DNA of 64,000 nucleotides from Anaerolineales bacterium (lineage in GTDB: Bacteria; Chloroflexota; Anaerolineae; Anaerolineales; UBA11579): positions 770,480 to 834,479 of the forward strand of contig JAHBVC010000001.1 in NCBI GenBank assembly GCA_019637755.1, written 5' to 3'. Position numbers and translations under genes: made by a program. This document shows, piece by piece, positions 16,877 to 25,601 of this stretch (its first letter is position 1; every line of letters starts with the position of its first letter). Below the pieces are notes generated by a model. It was not told where the DNA came from. It was given only the letters and a program-made list of their open reading frames with translations, and did not search any database.

Positions 16877-17608
16877 TTACTTGATGGCGAAGGTGATGCT
16901 GACATCCGCGCCGACGGTGATTTGGCCAGGCACGATGCTGGTGCTGGCATCCGCCGCGGCACCGCCGCCACCCATCGCATACATCGGGCCGTAGTAGTAG
17001 CCGGTGGGCGCATAGTTGATCGCCACAATGTCGCCCAGTTGCACGCCAGCCGCGGTAGCCAGTGCCTTGGCCTGTTCGATGGCGTTCTGCACGGCCAGAT
17101 CGCGCGCCTGATTCTGCGCATCGCTCTTGTCGTCCACATCAAAGGTAACACCCCAGATGGAGTTGGCCCCGGCCGAAACGGCCTGGTCCAGCAGCTGGCC
17201 GAGCTTGGCCAGATCACGCGCGATCACGGTAACGGTGTTCTCCACCGAGTAGCTGCTGATCTCGCTGGGCAGGCCGGTCACCGGGTCATAGCTCTGGTTG
17301 GCGTACACATTGAAATTGGCGGTCTGCATGTCCTCGGCAGCAATGCCCAGGGAGGCGAGCGCATCCATTACCGAGGCCACCTGGGTGGCATTGGCAGCCA
17401 CAACTTCGGAGACGTTGGTGCCGGTGGTGCGCACGCCAATCGTTACCGTGGCAATGTTCGGCACCAGGCGGATATCACCGCGGCCGGAGACGGTGAGCCC
17501 ATTGCTGGGCTGCGCCGGGTTGGCCAGCGGGGCGGGCGCGGTGGCGGCGCCACACGCGGCCAGCAGCAAGCCCGTCAAAGCCAGGAACAAAACACTCTTC
17601 TTAACCAT
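16877..17608 (-). CDS. SIMPL/DUF541 domain lipoprotein
   Basis: Lipobox LLLAACGA. ..GLTVSGRGDIRLVPNIATVTIGVRTTGTNVSEVVAANATQVASVMDALASLGIAAEDMQTANFNV.. is the SIMPL pattern. Confidence 0.82.
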   Translation of the reverse strand: MVKKSVLFLALTGLLLAACGAATAPAPLANPAQPSNGLTVSGRGDIRLVPNIATVTIGVRTTGTNVSEVVAANATQVASVMDALASLGIAAEDMQTANFNVYANQSYDPVTGLPSEISSYSVENTVTVIARDLAKLGQLLDQAVSAGANSIWGVTFDVDDKSDAQNQARDLAVQNAIEQAKALATAAGVQLGDIVAINYAPTGYYYGPMYAMGGGGAAADASTSIVPGQITVGADVSITFAIK

Positions 17609-17724
17609 TATTCACCATTCCTTTAGTATTCAGGCAGAAATGCCTGCTACTGGGTTAACGAAGTATGGCATGAAAGGTTCCCAGCCAAATTGGGGCAGGA
17701 TGAGAAAGCGATTGCAAAAGTTAC

Positions 17725-18702
17725 TTAGGGCAGCACGGTTAACGGATCGATAGCTACCCCACCCTGGCGAATCTCAAAATGCACAAATGCGCCTGCGGGG
17801 TGGGCACTGTAGCCCGCCACGCCTAGCGGCTCGCCGGCTTGTAGCGAGGCACCGCACAACGCCTGCACCTCGGCCAGGCCCGCGTACAGGCTGAATTGGC
17901 CGTTACCGTGATCGAGCATCACCGCGTAGCCATAGCCAAAGTTCGACCAGCCGGAAAATGTAACCACGCCAGCATCGGCGGCCAGCACAGCTTCGCCGGG
18001 CTGCGCGGCCAGATCGGCGGCCGGGTGCACGCCGGAGTAACCATCGCCGGCCAGCGTGCCGCCAGCCAGCGGCCAGGCATAGCGGCCCGCGCCCACTGCG
18101 CCGCCATCCACGTTGCGCGGGCAGGCGCCGGCACCAAATTCAAGGAAATCAACCGCCATCGCGGCGCGCGGCAGGTCCGGCAGGGTGCGGCGGCGCAAGG
18201 CCCGCTGGCCGCCGGGCACCAACAGCCACTGTCCGGGTTGAATGACGGGATTGTTGGCATCGAGCTTGTTGCCGGGCCAATTGAGCATGGCTTGCGGGTC
18301 CGCGGCAAAGAAGGCGGCAATGGTATTGACGGTATCGCCGCCGCCCACCTGGTGATAGACGCCATCCACCGGCAGGATAGTGAGCGGCATGCCCTCCAGC
18401 AGGAAATCGGCGATATCGGCCAAGGCATCGTAGTTGGCCCACAGCACCGTCTCCGGCTGCAGGTTGTAGGCGGCGGCAATGCGGCTCAGCGTGTCACCGG
18501 GTTGCACCGTGTAGGTTTCGATCTCACTGCGCGGTTGCGGGGTAGCGCTCGGTTGCGGCGTGGGCGTCTGTGCGGTTGCGCTGGGCTGGGCAATCTCGCT
18601 GGGCACAAGCGTAGCCTGCGGTGCCGGGCTGCTGCAAGCGGCGATAAACAACAGCAGGCCCGTGCTGAGAAGTAGCCGAGCCTGCTGGGTAGAGACGTTC
18701 AT
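17725..18702 (-). CDS. LysM domain-containing M23 family metallopeptidase (lipoprotein)
   Basis: Lipobox LLFIAACSS. The LysM domain is YTVQPGDTLSRIAAAYNL. The M23 core is HPAADLAAQPGEAVLAADAGVVTFSG..GYAVMLDHGNGQFSLYAGL..HFEI. Confidence 0.85.
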   Translation of the reverse strand: MNVSTQQARLLLSTGLLLFIAACSSPAPQATLVPSEIAQPSATAQTPTPQPSATPQPRSEIETYTVQPGDTLSRIAAAYNLQPETVLWANYDALADIADFLLEGMPLTILPVDGVYHQVGGGDTVNTIAAFFAADPQAMLNWPGNKLDANNPVIQPGQWLLVPGGQRALRRRTLPDLPRAAMAVDFLEFGAGACPRNVDGGAVGAGRYAWPLAGGTLAGDGYSGVHPAADLAAQPGEAVLAADAGVVTFSGWSNFGYGYAVMLDHGNGQFSLYAGLAEVQALCGASLQAGEPLGVAGYSAHPAGAFVHFEIRQGGVAIDPLTVLP

Positions 18703-18720
18703 AGTACGCGCTATAGACGG

Positions 18721-19995
18721 CTAGGCGTCGATCAGAGTTTCCAGGAATTCCTGATTGCTGTCGGTCTTGGCCATGCGTTGCAACATCGCTTCGGTGGCGT
18801 TGGTGGTGTCCATGCCCGCGCCGTGTGGCGGCTCGGCGATCATGGTGCCGTACATACGGCGCATCAGCCAAACACGCTGGGTAATATCCGGCCCGAGCAG
18901 CAGCTCTTCACGGCGGGTGGACGAACGCTCGATGTCGATAGCGGGGAAGATACGGCGCTCCTGCATCTTGCGCGAGAGGTGCAGCTCCATATTGCCAGTG
19001 CCCTTGAATTCTTCGTAAACGACATCATCCATGCGCGAGCCGGTGTCGACCAGGCAGGTGGCGATGATGGTCAGCGAACCGCCCTCTTCAATGTTGCGCG
19101 CCGCGCCGAAGAAGCGCTTGGGCGGATACAAAGCCGAAGGGTCAATACCGCCGGAGAGTGTACGCCCGGAAGGCGTGACGACGAGGTTGTAGGCCCGCGC
19201 CAGACGGGTGATCGAGTCCATCAGGATCACCACATCCCGGCCGATCTCGACCAGGCGCTTGGAGCGCTCCAGCACCATTTCAGCGGCGCGCACGTGCGAG
19301 GTGACCGGCTCATCAAAGGTGGACGAGATCACTTCGGCGTCCACCGAGCGATCCATATCGGTCACTTCTTCGGGGCGCTCACCAATGAGGGCCACGACAA
19401 GATGCACATCTTTGTAATTGGTGGAGATAGAGTTGGCCATCTCTTTGAGGATGGTGGTCTTACCAGACTTTGGCGGCGATACGATCAGACCACGCTGGCC
19501 ACGGCCCACGGGCGAGACCAGGTTGATCATGCGCATGGCCAGGCCACGCTTGTCGGTCTCGAGGTCAAAACGGCTATCAGGGAAGATGGGGGTCAGGTTT
19601 TCGAAACGGGGGCGGGTCTTAGCCTTCTCAGGGTCCATACCATTGACGGACTCGACTTTCACCAGGCCATAGTGCTTCTCGGATTCACGCGGCGGGCGGG
19701 CTTCACCGATGATCAGGTCACCGTTACGCAGGCCATAGCGGCGGATCTGGGTCTGCGAGACATACACATCGCCGGGGCCGCCCTGGTAGTGCTCAGAGCG
19801 CAGGAAGCCCACGCCCTCGTTCATGATCTCGAGAATGCCGCCGCGCACCTCGCGGCCCTGCTTGCTGGCCATCATCTGCGCAATCGTGATCACCAGATCT
19901 TCGCGCTTGAGGCGCGCGGCGCGTTCCACGCCGAGATCTTTCGCTTGCTTGCGCAAATCTGCGAGGGAAGTTTTTTCTAATTCAAGAATGTCCAT
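18721..19995 (-). CDS. rho: transcription termination factor Rho
   Basis: The N-terminal domain is LADLRKQAKDLGVERAARLKREDLV, with an RNA-binding OB region. Walker A is PPKSGKTTILKE, and the RecA-type core is LIGERPEEVTDM. Confidence 0.95.
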   Translation of the reverse strand: MDILELEKTSLADLRKQAKDLGVERAARLKREDLVITIAQMMASKQGREVRGGILEIMNEGVGFLRSEHYQGGPGDVYVSQTQIRRYGLRNGDLIIGEARPPRESEKHYGLVKVESVNGMDPEKAKTRPRFENLTPIFPDSRFDLETDKRGLAMRMINLVSPVGRGQRGLIVSPPKSGKTTILKEMANSISTNYKDVHLVVALIGERPEEVTDMDRSVDAEVISSTFDEPVTSHVRAAEMVLERSKRLVEIGRDVVILMDSITRLARAYNLVVTPSGRTLSGGIDPSALYPPKRFFGAARNIEEGGSLTIIATCLVDTGSRMDDVVYEEFKGTGNMELHLSRKMQERRIFPAIDIERSSTRREELLLGPDITQRVWLMRRMYGTMIAEPPHGAGMDTTNATEAMLQRMAKTDSNQEFLETLIDA

Positions 19996-20140
19996 GGTGT
20001 GTGTCTCTATAGAATGGGAGGATATAAGTACGCGGAGGGTGGCTGCCTAACGCCCGGGCAGTACAGGACTAGGTGAGTCTGCAAGTGCAAAGGAATATAA
20101 AAGTTGTAACCAAAGAGAGTGCAGGGGAAATTCGCACAGA

Positions 20141-20169
20141 ATTATAACGGAATTCCCCCGCGCTCACAA
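20141..20169 (-). promoter_or_regulatory. Candidate promoter for rho
   Basis: On the - strand: TTGTGA (complement of 20164-20169), 17-nt spacer, TATAAT (complement of 20141-20146). This gives a C-rich leader of about 140 nt before the ATG at 19995. Confidence 0.45.
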
Positions 20170-20196
20170 GCAGGAAATTTGTCCTGCGTACAAGGC

Positions 20197-20733
20197 TTAC
20201 TGCGCTGCCAGCACCTGGTGCGCCAGCAAGAGCCCCAGCATGGTCTTGGCATCTTCGATCTCGCCGCTGCCAATCGCCGCCAGGCACTCTTCCAAACTCA
20301 GGCGCACCACTTCCAAATCTTCATCCTGGTCTGGCGGTAGCGCATCCGGCTGCAGGTCCTGCGCCAGGTAGATCCACATACGTTCGGTGGAGTAACCGGG
20401 CGCAAGATAAAACTCGGCCAGCAGGGTCAGCGAGCCTGCGCCCATGCCCACTTCCTCGCGCAGCTCACGTTGAGCGGTCACCTCGGTGGCCTCACCCGGC
20501 TCCAGCGTCCCGGCAGGCAGCTCCAAGAGCTGCTTGCCGGTGGAGTGGCGGTACTGGCGCACCAGCAGGATCTTGCCATCCGCATCCACCGGCACCATCG
20601 ACACCGCGCCGATGTGCACGACCGTGTCGTAGATGGCCTCGCGGCCATCACTGGTCTCAAGAATGTCTCGGCGCACCGAGAATTTCTGGCCGCGGTAGGC
20701 AAGCTCACTGCTGATGGTTTTGTATGTGGCCAT
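20197..20733 (-). CDS. NUDIX hydrolase (ADP-ribose / nucleotide-sugar pyrophosphatase-like)
   Basis: The Nudix box is GTLEPGEATEVTAQRELREEVGM. The start ATG overlaps the upstream stop (TAATG at 20731-20735). Confidence 0.85.
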   Translation of the reverse strand: MATYKTISSELAYRGQKFSVRRDILETSDGREAIYDTVVHIGAVSMVPVDADGKILLVRQYRHSTGKQLLELPAGTLEPGEATEVTAQRELREEVGMGAGSLTLLAEFYLAPGYSTERMWIYLAQDLQPDALPPDQDEDLEVVRLSLEECLAAIGSGEIEDAKTMLGLLLAHQVLAAQ

Positions 20734-22154
20734 TAGTCTACGATCTTGTAGTCAGCCACGCGCTGCTCCAACGCACGCCAGATATCTGGCGCGGCTTCAC
20801 CCGCCGCCAGATGCTCGGCAATGAAGCGCCCCATGTCTGCACAGTGGTCGGAATTGTTGTAGTTGTACATACCAATGCGGCCCGTGGTGAGCAGGTTGGG
20901 TACTTGGCGCAGCTTATCGCTCACTAGCTTCATGCGCTCAGCATAGCCGAGGTCATAGCGCGGGTAGAAGTTGTGCTTGCGGATCACCAGGCTGTTGGTG
21001 ACTTCGTCTGCACGGATGAGGCCGGTCTTGACCATGCCATCGATGACCTGCTGAGTGAGCTCAGCATCGCTGGCTTGCCACAAGGCGCTGCCTTCGGCAG
21101 CGGTGAAGTCAGCCGTCACCACGGTGCGGTCCGCCGGGCCGAGCGCCGGGTTCATCTGCTTCTGCTCGAACAGGCGGCTGAAGACCACATTGCGCTGCGG
21201 GAAGAAGACCCACTGGTCTTCCATCACCAGCGGGCGCTTAACCCACACATACACCATGATGAGATGGCGGAACTGCAGGCCTGTCACAGCCTGGTTGAAG
21301 GTTTCGTCTGTGTTGCCAAAGACCATACGGCCGATGAGCGGCAGCGGCAGCGAGGACACCAGGTAGTCGCTGGCAATGGTTTGCGCTGTGCCAGCGATGG
21401 CGGTCTTGACGCTGCGCACGCGGCCATCTTGCATCTCCAGCCCTTGCACGTCTACGCCGGTGAGCACGCGGCCGCCGTGGGCCGCAATGCCTTCGGCCAG
21501 CGCCTGCGGCCAGTCACCGAAGCCGGCTTTAGGGTAGTAGAAAAACTCGGCGTTGGTGTCTGCGGTCTCCTTTTTCAAGCCGAGCAGCTTGAGCACCAGC
21601 TCCATGCCACCCGAGGCGGGCAAGCGCGTGCGCGCCATCTCGGGATGCAAGGTGGCTGGATCGCCCCATACTTTGTCTGCCAGTGGTTCAAAGACCAGCT
21701 CGTAGGTTGGGCGGCCAAAGCGGCGAATGATGTAGTCTTTGTAAGAACCCGGCGCCTTGCGGTTGAAGATGCCCTTAAGCACCTCAATGCCATAGCCAAA
21801 GCCAATCTGCAGGAAGCGCACCGGGCCTAAAGCCTGAGCGAGATTACCTAGCTTGAGCGGATAATCGAGCAGCTTGCCTTCAAGGTACAAGCGGTTCTTT
21901 TTGGGCAGCTGGATCAGTCGGTCACCCATCAAGGATGTGGCTTCGTCCAGCACGCCGGGGATAATGGAGTAGAGCTTATGCGCGCCATAATCGAGCACGA
22001 AGCCATCGTGCTCAAAGCTGCCGCACAGGCCGCCGATCACGGCTTCTTTTTCCAGCACAGTGACATCATATTTACCTGTACGCGCCAGGAAGTAACCAGC
22101 CGCCAGGCCGCCGACACCGGCGCCCAGCACAACGATCTTTTCTTTATTAGACAA
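20733..22154 (-). CDS. FAD-dependent flavoprotein, UDP-galactopyranose-mutase / amine-oxidase-like
   Basis: The Rossmann motif is KIVVLGAGVGGLAAGYFLARTGKYDVTVLEKEAVIGGL. GFVLDYGAHKLYS and GRIGMYNYNNSDHCADMG resemble Glf-family motifs. I place the start at TTG (complement of 22152-22154) behind a GGAG, because the track start at 22277 would overlap the methyltransferase gene. Confidence 0.75.
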   Translation of the reverse strand: MSNKEKIVVLGAGVGGLAAGYFLARTGKYDVTVLEKEAVIGGLCGSFEHDGFVLDYGAHKLYSIIPGVLDEATSLMGDRLIQLPKKNRLYLEGKLLDYPLKLGNLAQALGPVRFLQIGFGYGIEVLKGIFNRKAPGSYKDYIIRRFGRPTYELVFEPLADKVWGDPATLHPEMARTRLPASGGMELVLKLLGLKKETADTNAEFFYYPKAGFGDWPQALAEGIAAHGGRVLTGVDVQGLEMQDGRVRSVKTAIAGTAQTIASDYLVSSLPLPLIGRMVFGNTDETFNQAVTGLQFRHLIMVYVWVKRPLVMEDQWVFFPQRNVVFSRLFEQKQMNPALGPADRTVVTADFTAAEGSALWQASDAELTQQVIDGMVKTGLIRADEVTNSLVIRKHNFYPRYDLGYAERMKLVSDKLRQVPNLLTTGRIGMYNYNNSDHCADMGRFIAEHLAAGEAAPDIWRALEQRVADYKIVD

Positions 22155-22192
22155 GGTCTTACTCCATAACCTAGACAGCCTGATACGCTGAA

Positions 22193-23125
22193 TTATTTCT
22201 TCTCCGCCACAACCAGCATCTGGCCCATCCAATACGGGATCTGCCAGTGCTGCATGCCCAGGCGCTTCACCACCCAACCCGCGGCGCGAGCAACAGGGCG
22301 CACATAGGCTTCCATACGGAAGAGGACATAGCCCAGCTCCAGGCTCTGCCAGTGAGCGCGCTGCACGCGCAGCTCCAGGCCGAGCTCATTGAGCAGGCGG
22401 GTGAGCGTGGGGATGGTGAAGTAGTACAGGTGCACTGAAAGCAGGAATACCCAGCGGCGGCCCATCAGGCGCGCTACGAGGGAATGAATGTCGGGATAGT
22501 TGACCACCAGCAGGCCGCCCGGTTTCAGCACACGGATGCACTCGCGTAGCGTGGCCTTGGGGTCCGGCGTGTGCTCCAGCACATCCCACAGGCTGACGAC
22601 ATCAAAGCTGGCATCGGCCAGTTTCATATCTTCGATCGTGCCGGGCACCACGTCGAGGCTGTAGTGCTGCTTGGCCCAGTCAGACATCCAGCGGTTAGGC
22701 TCGCAGCCCGCTACCTGCCAGCCGGCGCGCTGCGCCACGGCCATGAAGGAGCCACCGGCGGTGCCAACATCCAGCAGCGTACCGCGCTGCGGGCGCATGC
22801 GCTCAATCAGCTTGAGCGAACCGGCAAAGGTGCGCTCACGGCCGGCGGCCTGTGAGACGAACATCTCATCCGTGCCAGCGCTGTAGCCGTCAATCACCAC
22901 ATCGGCGCGCAGGCGCGGGGTGAGGTACATCAGGCCGCACTGCTTGCAGCGCACCAGTTGGTCCAGCAGCACTTCATCCCCAGAGGAGCGGAAGGTATTG
23001 GCAATCTCCTCGGGCTTGGCGTCCTCGTAGCGCGGCGGGTAAACCACTTCGTAATCATCGGCACCGCACAGGTTGCATTTCACATGCTCCAGCAGCGCTT
23101 TGTAGGCTTCTACGTTGTTTTGCAT
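22193..23125 (-). CDS. class I SAM-dependent methyltransferase with N-terminal Cys4 zinc ribbon
   Basis: The zinc ribbon is CNLCGADDYEVVY...CKQCGLMYLTPR. The SAM motif I is LLDVGTAGGSFM, and motif post-I/II is FDVVSLWDVLEHTPDP..LKPGGLLVV. Confidence 0.85.
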   Translation of the reverse strand: MQNNVEAYKALLEHVKCNLCGADDYEVVYPPRYEDAKPEEIANTFRSSGDEVLLDQLVRCKQCGLMYLTPRLRADVVIDGYSAGTDEMFVSQAAGRERTFAGSLKLIERMRPQRGTLLDVGTAGGSFMAVAQRAGWQVAGCEPNRWMSDWAKQHYSLDVVPGTIEDMKLADASFDVVSLWDVLEHTPDPKATLRECIRVLKPGGLLVVNYPDIHSLVARLMGRRWVFLLSVHLYYFTIPTLTRLLNELGLELRVQRAHWQSLELGYVLFRMEAYVRPVARAAGWVVKRLGMQHWQIPYWMGQMLVVAEKK

Positions 23126-24060
23126 TATTTACTTCGCCTTAGGTAGGTCTTGATACCCGCAAAACGGGTGTTGATCGCGTTGAGTGAAAGGCCGATGCCG
23201 AGCGCCATCAGGCCGGTGGGTACCCCCAGCAACACCACACCGCCCAGGATGCTGTCAGGCAGGCTGCCCTGCCCCACAAAACTGAACAGGCGCAGGATAC
23301 CCGCTACCAGCGCCAGCGCCCAGAACAGCAGTGCGATGGCGCCAAAGAGGCGCAGCGGGCGGTGGTCACGCAACAGAATGGCGGCAGTGAGCACGATGCG
23401 GTAGCCATCAGCAAACGGGCGCAGCTTGGAGCTGCTATCCGCGGGGCGGCTGCGGTAACGCGTGGGCACTTCGACGATGTGCAGACCCTCGGCTAGGGCT
23501 TGGATGGTGATCTCGGTCTCGACTTCGAAACCGCTGGTCAGCACCGGCACTCCTTCAATGAAGCGGCGGTTGAAGGCACGGTAGCCGGAGAGCACATCCT
23601 CAAATTTTGTAGCAAAGAGACGGTTGATATAGGCCACGATCATGCGGTTGCCCAGCTGATTGAGGCGTTTCATGTTGGCGTCGCTGGCGCCGTCCATACG
23701 GTGGCCCACCGACATATCCGCCGTGCCGTCCAGCACCGGGGCCAGCACAGTATGAACATCTTCGGCGTAATAGGTGTCATCGCCGTCGGCCATGACAATG
23801 ATGTCTTCATCCAGCTGGTCAAAAATAGCGCGGATGACGTTGCCCTTGCCCAGCTGGCCCACATGGCGCACTTCGGCACGCGCCTTGCGCGCCAGCGCGG
23901 CGCTGGTGTCTGTGGAGGCGTTGTCAAACACGTACACCTTGGCGCGCGGCAGATTTTTGCGGAAATCGCCCACCACCTTGGCAATCGTGGCAGCTTCATT
24001 GTGGCAGGGAATCGCCACAGCGATGCGAGCAGTACGGGCAGAGGGACGTTTGGTGGGCAT
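23125..24060 (-). CDS. GT2 glycosyltransferase with two C-terminal TM helices (GtrB/ArnC/DPM1-like polyprenyl-phosphate sugar synthase)
   Basis: IAVAIPCHNEAATIAKVV..VYVFDNASTDTS..VMADGDDTY (DxD) is the GT-A core. The C-terminal hydrophobic helices are LRLFGAIALLFWALALVAGIL and LGGVVLLGVPTGLMALGIGL. Confidence 0.82.
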   Translation of the reverse strand: MPTKRPSARTARIAVAIPCHNEAATIAKVVGDFRKNLPRAKVYVFDNASTDTSAALARKARAEVRHVGQLGKGNVIRAIFDQLDEDIIVMADGDDTYYAEDVHTVLAPVLDGTADMSVGHRMDGASDANMKRLNQLGNRMIVAYINRLFATKFEDVLSGYRAFNRRFIEGVPVLTSGFEVETEITIQALAEGLHIVEVPTRYRSRPADSSSKLRPFADGYRIVLTAAILLRDHRPLRLFGAIALLFWALALVAGILRLFSFVGQGSLPDSILGGVVLLGVPTGLMALGIGLSLNAINTRFAGIKTYLRRSK

Positions 24061-24063
24061 GGG

Positions 24064-25545
24064 TTAGCGTGCAAACCAGCGCAGAGCCAGCGCCCGGTAG
24101 GGCACCATCTCCATCTTGGTTTGGAACTTGCGGCGCAAGAAGTTGAACGGCTGCGACAAAAGCTTGAAAGGATGATAACGCAGTTTCCACAGCAGGAAAC
24201 TAGCATACAGACGGAAGCGGAAGGAGGCCAGCGCCTGATAGTCTTGGCGCCAGGTGGGGCTGAAATTGAGCTCAGACAAATTGCCATAGCCCTGGAACTG
24301 GTCATATATAGAAGAGCCCGGTACCGGTGTGACGATGAAGAGCGCCACTTCGTCTACGCCCACGCGGGTGAGATCACGCACCAAGTCCCAGGTCATTTGC
24401 AAATCTTCAGGGGTTTCACCCGGGTAGCCGAGCACAAAGCAGGCTTGCGAACGAATGCCCACCTGGTTCATGCGCTTGACCAGGCGCACGGCATGCTTGA
24501 GGTTGAACGGCTTACGCATCAGCTTAAGCAGCCGTGGTGAGCCCGTTTCGGGCGAAATCGAAATATAGCGGCAGCCTGCGGCGGCCATCTGGTCAATGGT
24601 GTCTTCATCCTGCATCGTCTCGACCTTGGTGCCGGCGGCGATCTTCCAGGTGATCTTGAGGCCGCGGCGCAGGATCTCGGCGCAGATGGCGCGGATACGC
24701 TCATCTGAGATGGTGGGGTCAAGGTCCTCGATGTGGAACTCGCTTACACCCAGTGCGCGCTGGAAGTGCTCGATCTCGTCCACCACGTTGAGTGGCGTGC
24801 GCGGGCGCCAGCGCTGGCGGTTGGTGGCCGGCACGACGCAGAAACCACACGGGTATGGGCAACCGCGCGAGGTGAGCAGCGGCAGGTAGCGCTCCGCCGA
24901 GAGCGGGCCGTGGGCAAAGCCTAGCTGCCAGTAGTTTTGCAGCGGGAACAGATCCCACGCTGGGAAAGGCAATGCGCTCAGCTCGGCTTCATCCATGAAG
25001 CCCGCAGGCAAGTTATAGAAATCTGGCCCGCCCACCCCATCGATGGCGCGGATAGCCTGCGCATCGCCCGCTTGCAGCGCTGCCAGCAGGCGCTGGGCGC
25101 GGCGCTCCGGTTCCCCGGTGAGGATGTAATGCGCCCCGGCAGCATAAAACTCCGCGGCTACATGCGTGAGCGCGTAGGCCGTCACCGCCTGCGTGTTCTC
25201 AACCACGATGACCGTGGCCTGCGGGGCGGCCTGGCGGGCGGCACGCACCATCTCCAACGTGGACATGTGATTGGTGAGATTGATGGCGTAGACGAAGACG
25301 GTTTGCGTGTCGGCCGGGATCTGGGCCAGCACTTCAGCCGGGTCGAGCCCGTAGACGTAAAAATTGCCGTCATTGCGTGCTTGGCGCGGCGTGGCGGCAT
25401 ACGCATCCAGCACGCTGACGGCGTGGCCGGCGGCGCGCAAGCTGGCCGCCAAATACGCCAGGCTGATCGGCATGTAGACGATGCCGGTGGTCAGCGGATC
25501 GTTGCGTTGGGCAACCAGATTGGGATTGATAAGCAGCACAGACAT
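24064..25545 (-). CDS. B12-binding-domain radical SAM protein (class B type)
   Basis: The N-terminal Rossmann-like cobalamin domain is VLLINPNL..GIVYMPISLAYLAASLRAAGHAVSVLDAY. The radical SAM cluster is TSRGCPYPCGFCVVP. Confidence 0.82.
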   Translation of the reverse strand: MSVLLINPNLVAQRNDPLTTGIVYMPISLAYLAASLRAAGHAVSVLDAYAATPRQARNDGNFYVYGLDPAEVLAQIPADTQTVFVYAINLTNHMSTLEMVRAARQAAPQATVIVVENTQAVTAYALTHVAAEFYAAGAHYILTGEPERRAQRLLAALQAGDAQAIRAIDGVGGPDFYNLPAGFMDEAELSALPFPAWDLFPLQNYWQLGFAHGPLSAERYLPLLTSRGCPYPCGFCVVPATNRQRWRPRTPLNVVDEIEHFQRALGVSEFHIEDLDPTISDERIRAICAEILRRGLKITWKIAAGTKVETMQDEDTIDQMAAAGCRYISISPETGSPRLLKLMRKPFNLKHAVRLVKRMNQVGIRSQACFVLGYPGETPEDLQMTWDLVRDLTRVGVDEVALFIVTPVPGSSIYDQFQGYGNLSELNFSPTWRQDYQALASFRFRLYASFLLWKLRYHPFKLLSQPFNFLRRKFQTKMEMVPYRALALRWFAR

Positions 25546-25601
25546 AAAAGTGCGCCTCTTTCGCGAAGCGCACTCAAATTATACCCAGCCGCCATAGGCG
25601 C

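Noticed and set aside
22155-22277. N-terminal extension of the flavoprotein ORF.
   Set aside because: It overlaps the 3' end of the methyltransferase gene. The Rossmann GxGxxG motif begins right after the TTG at 22154, which has a GGAG upstream.
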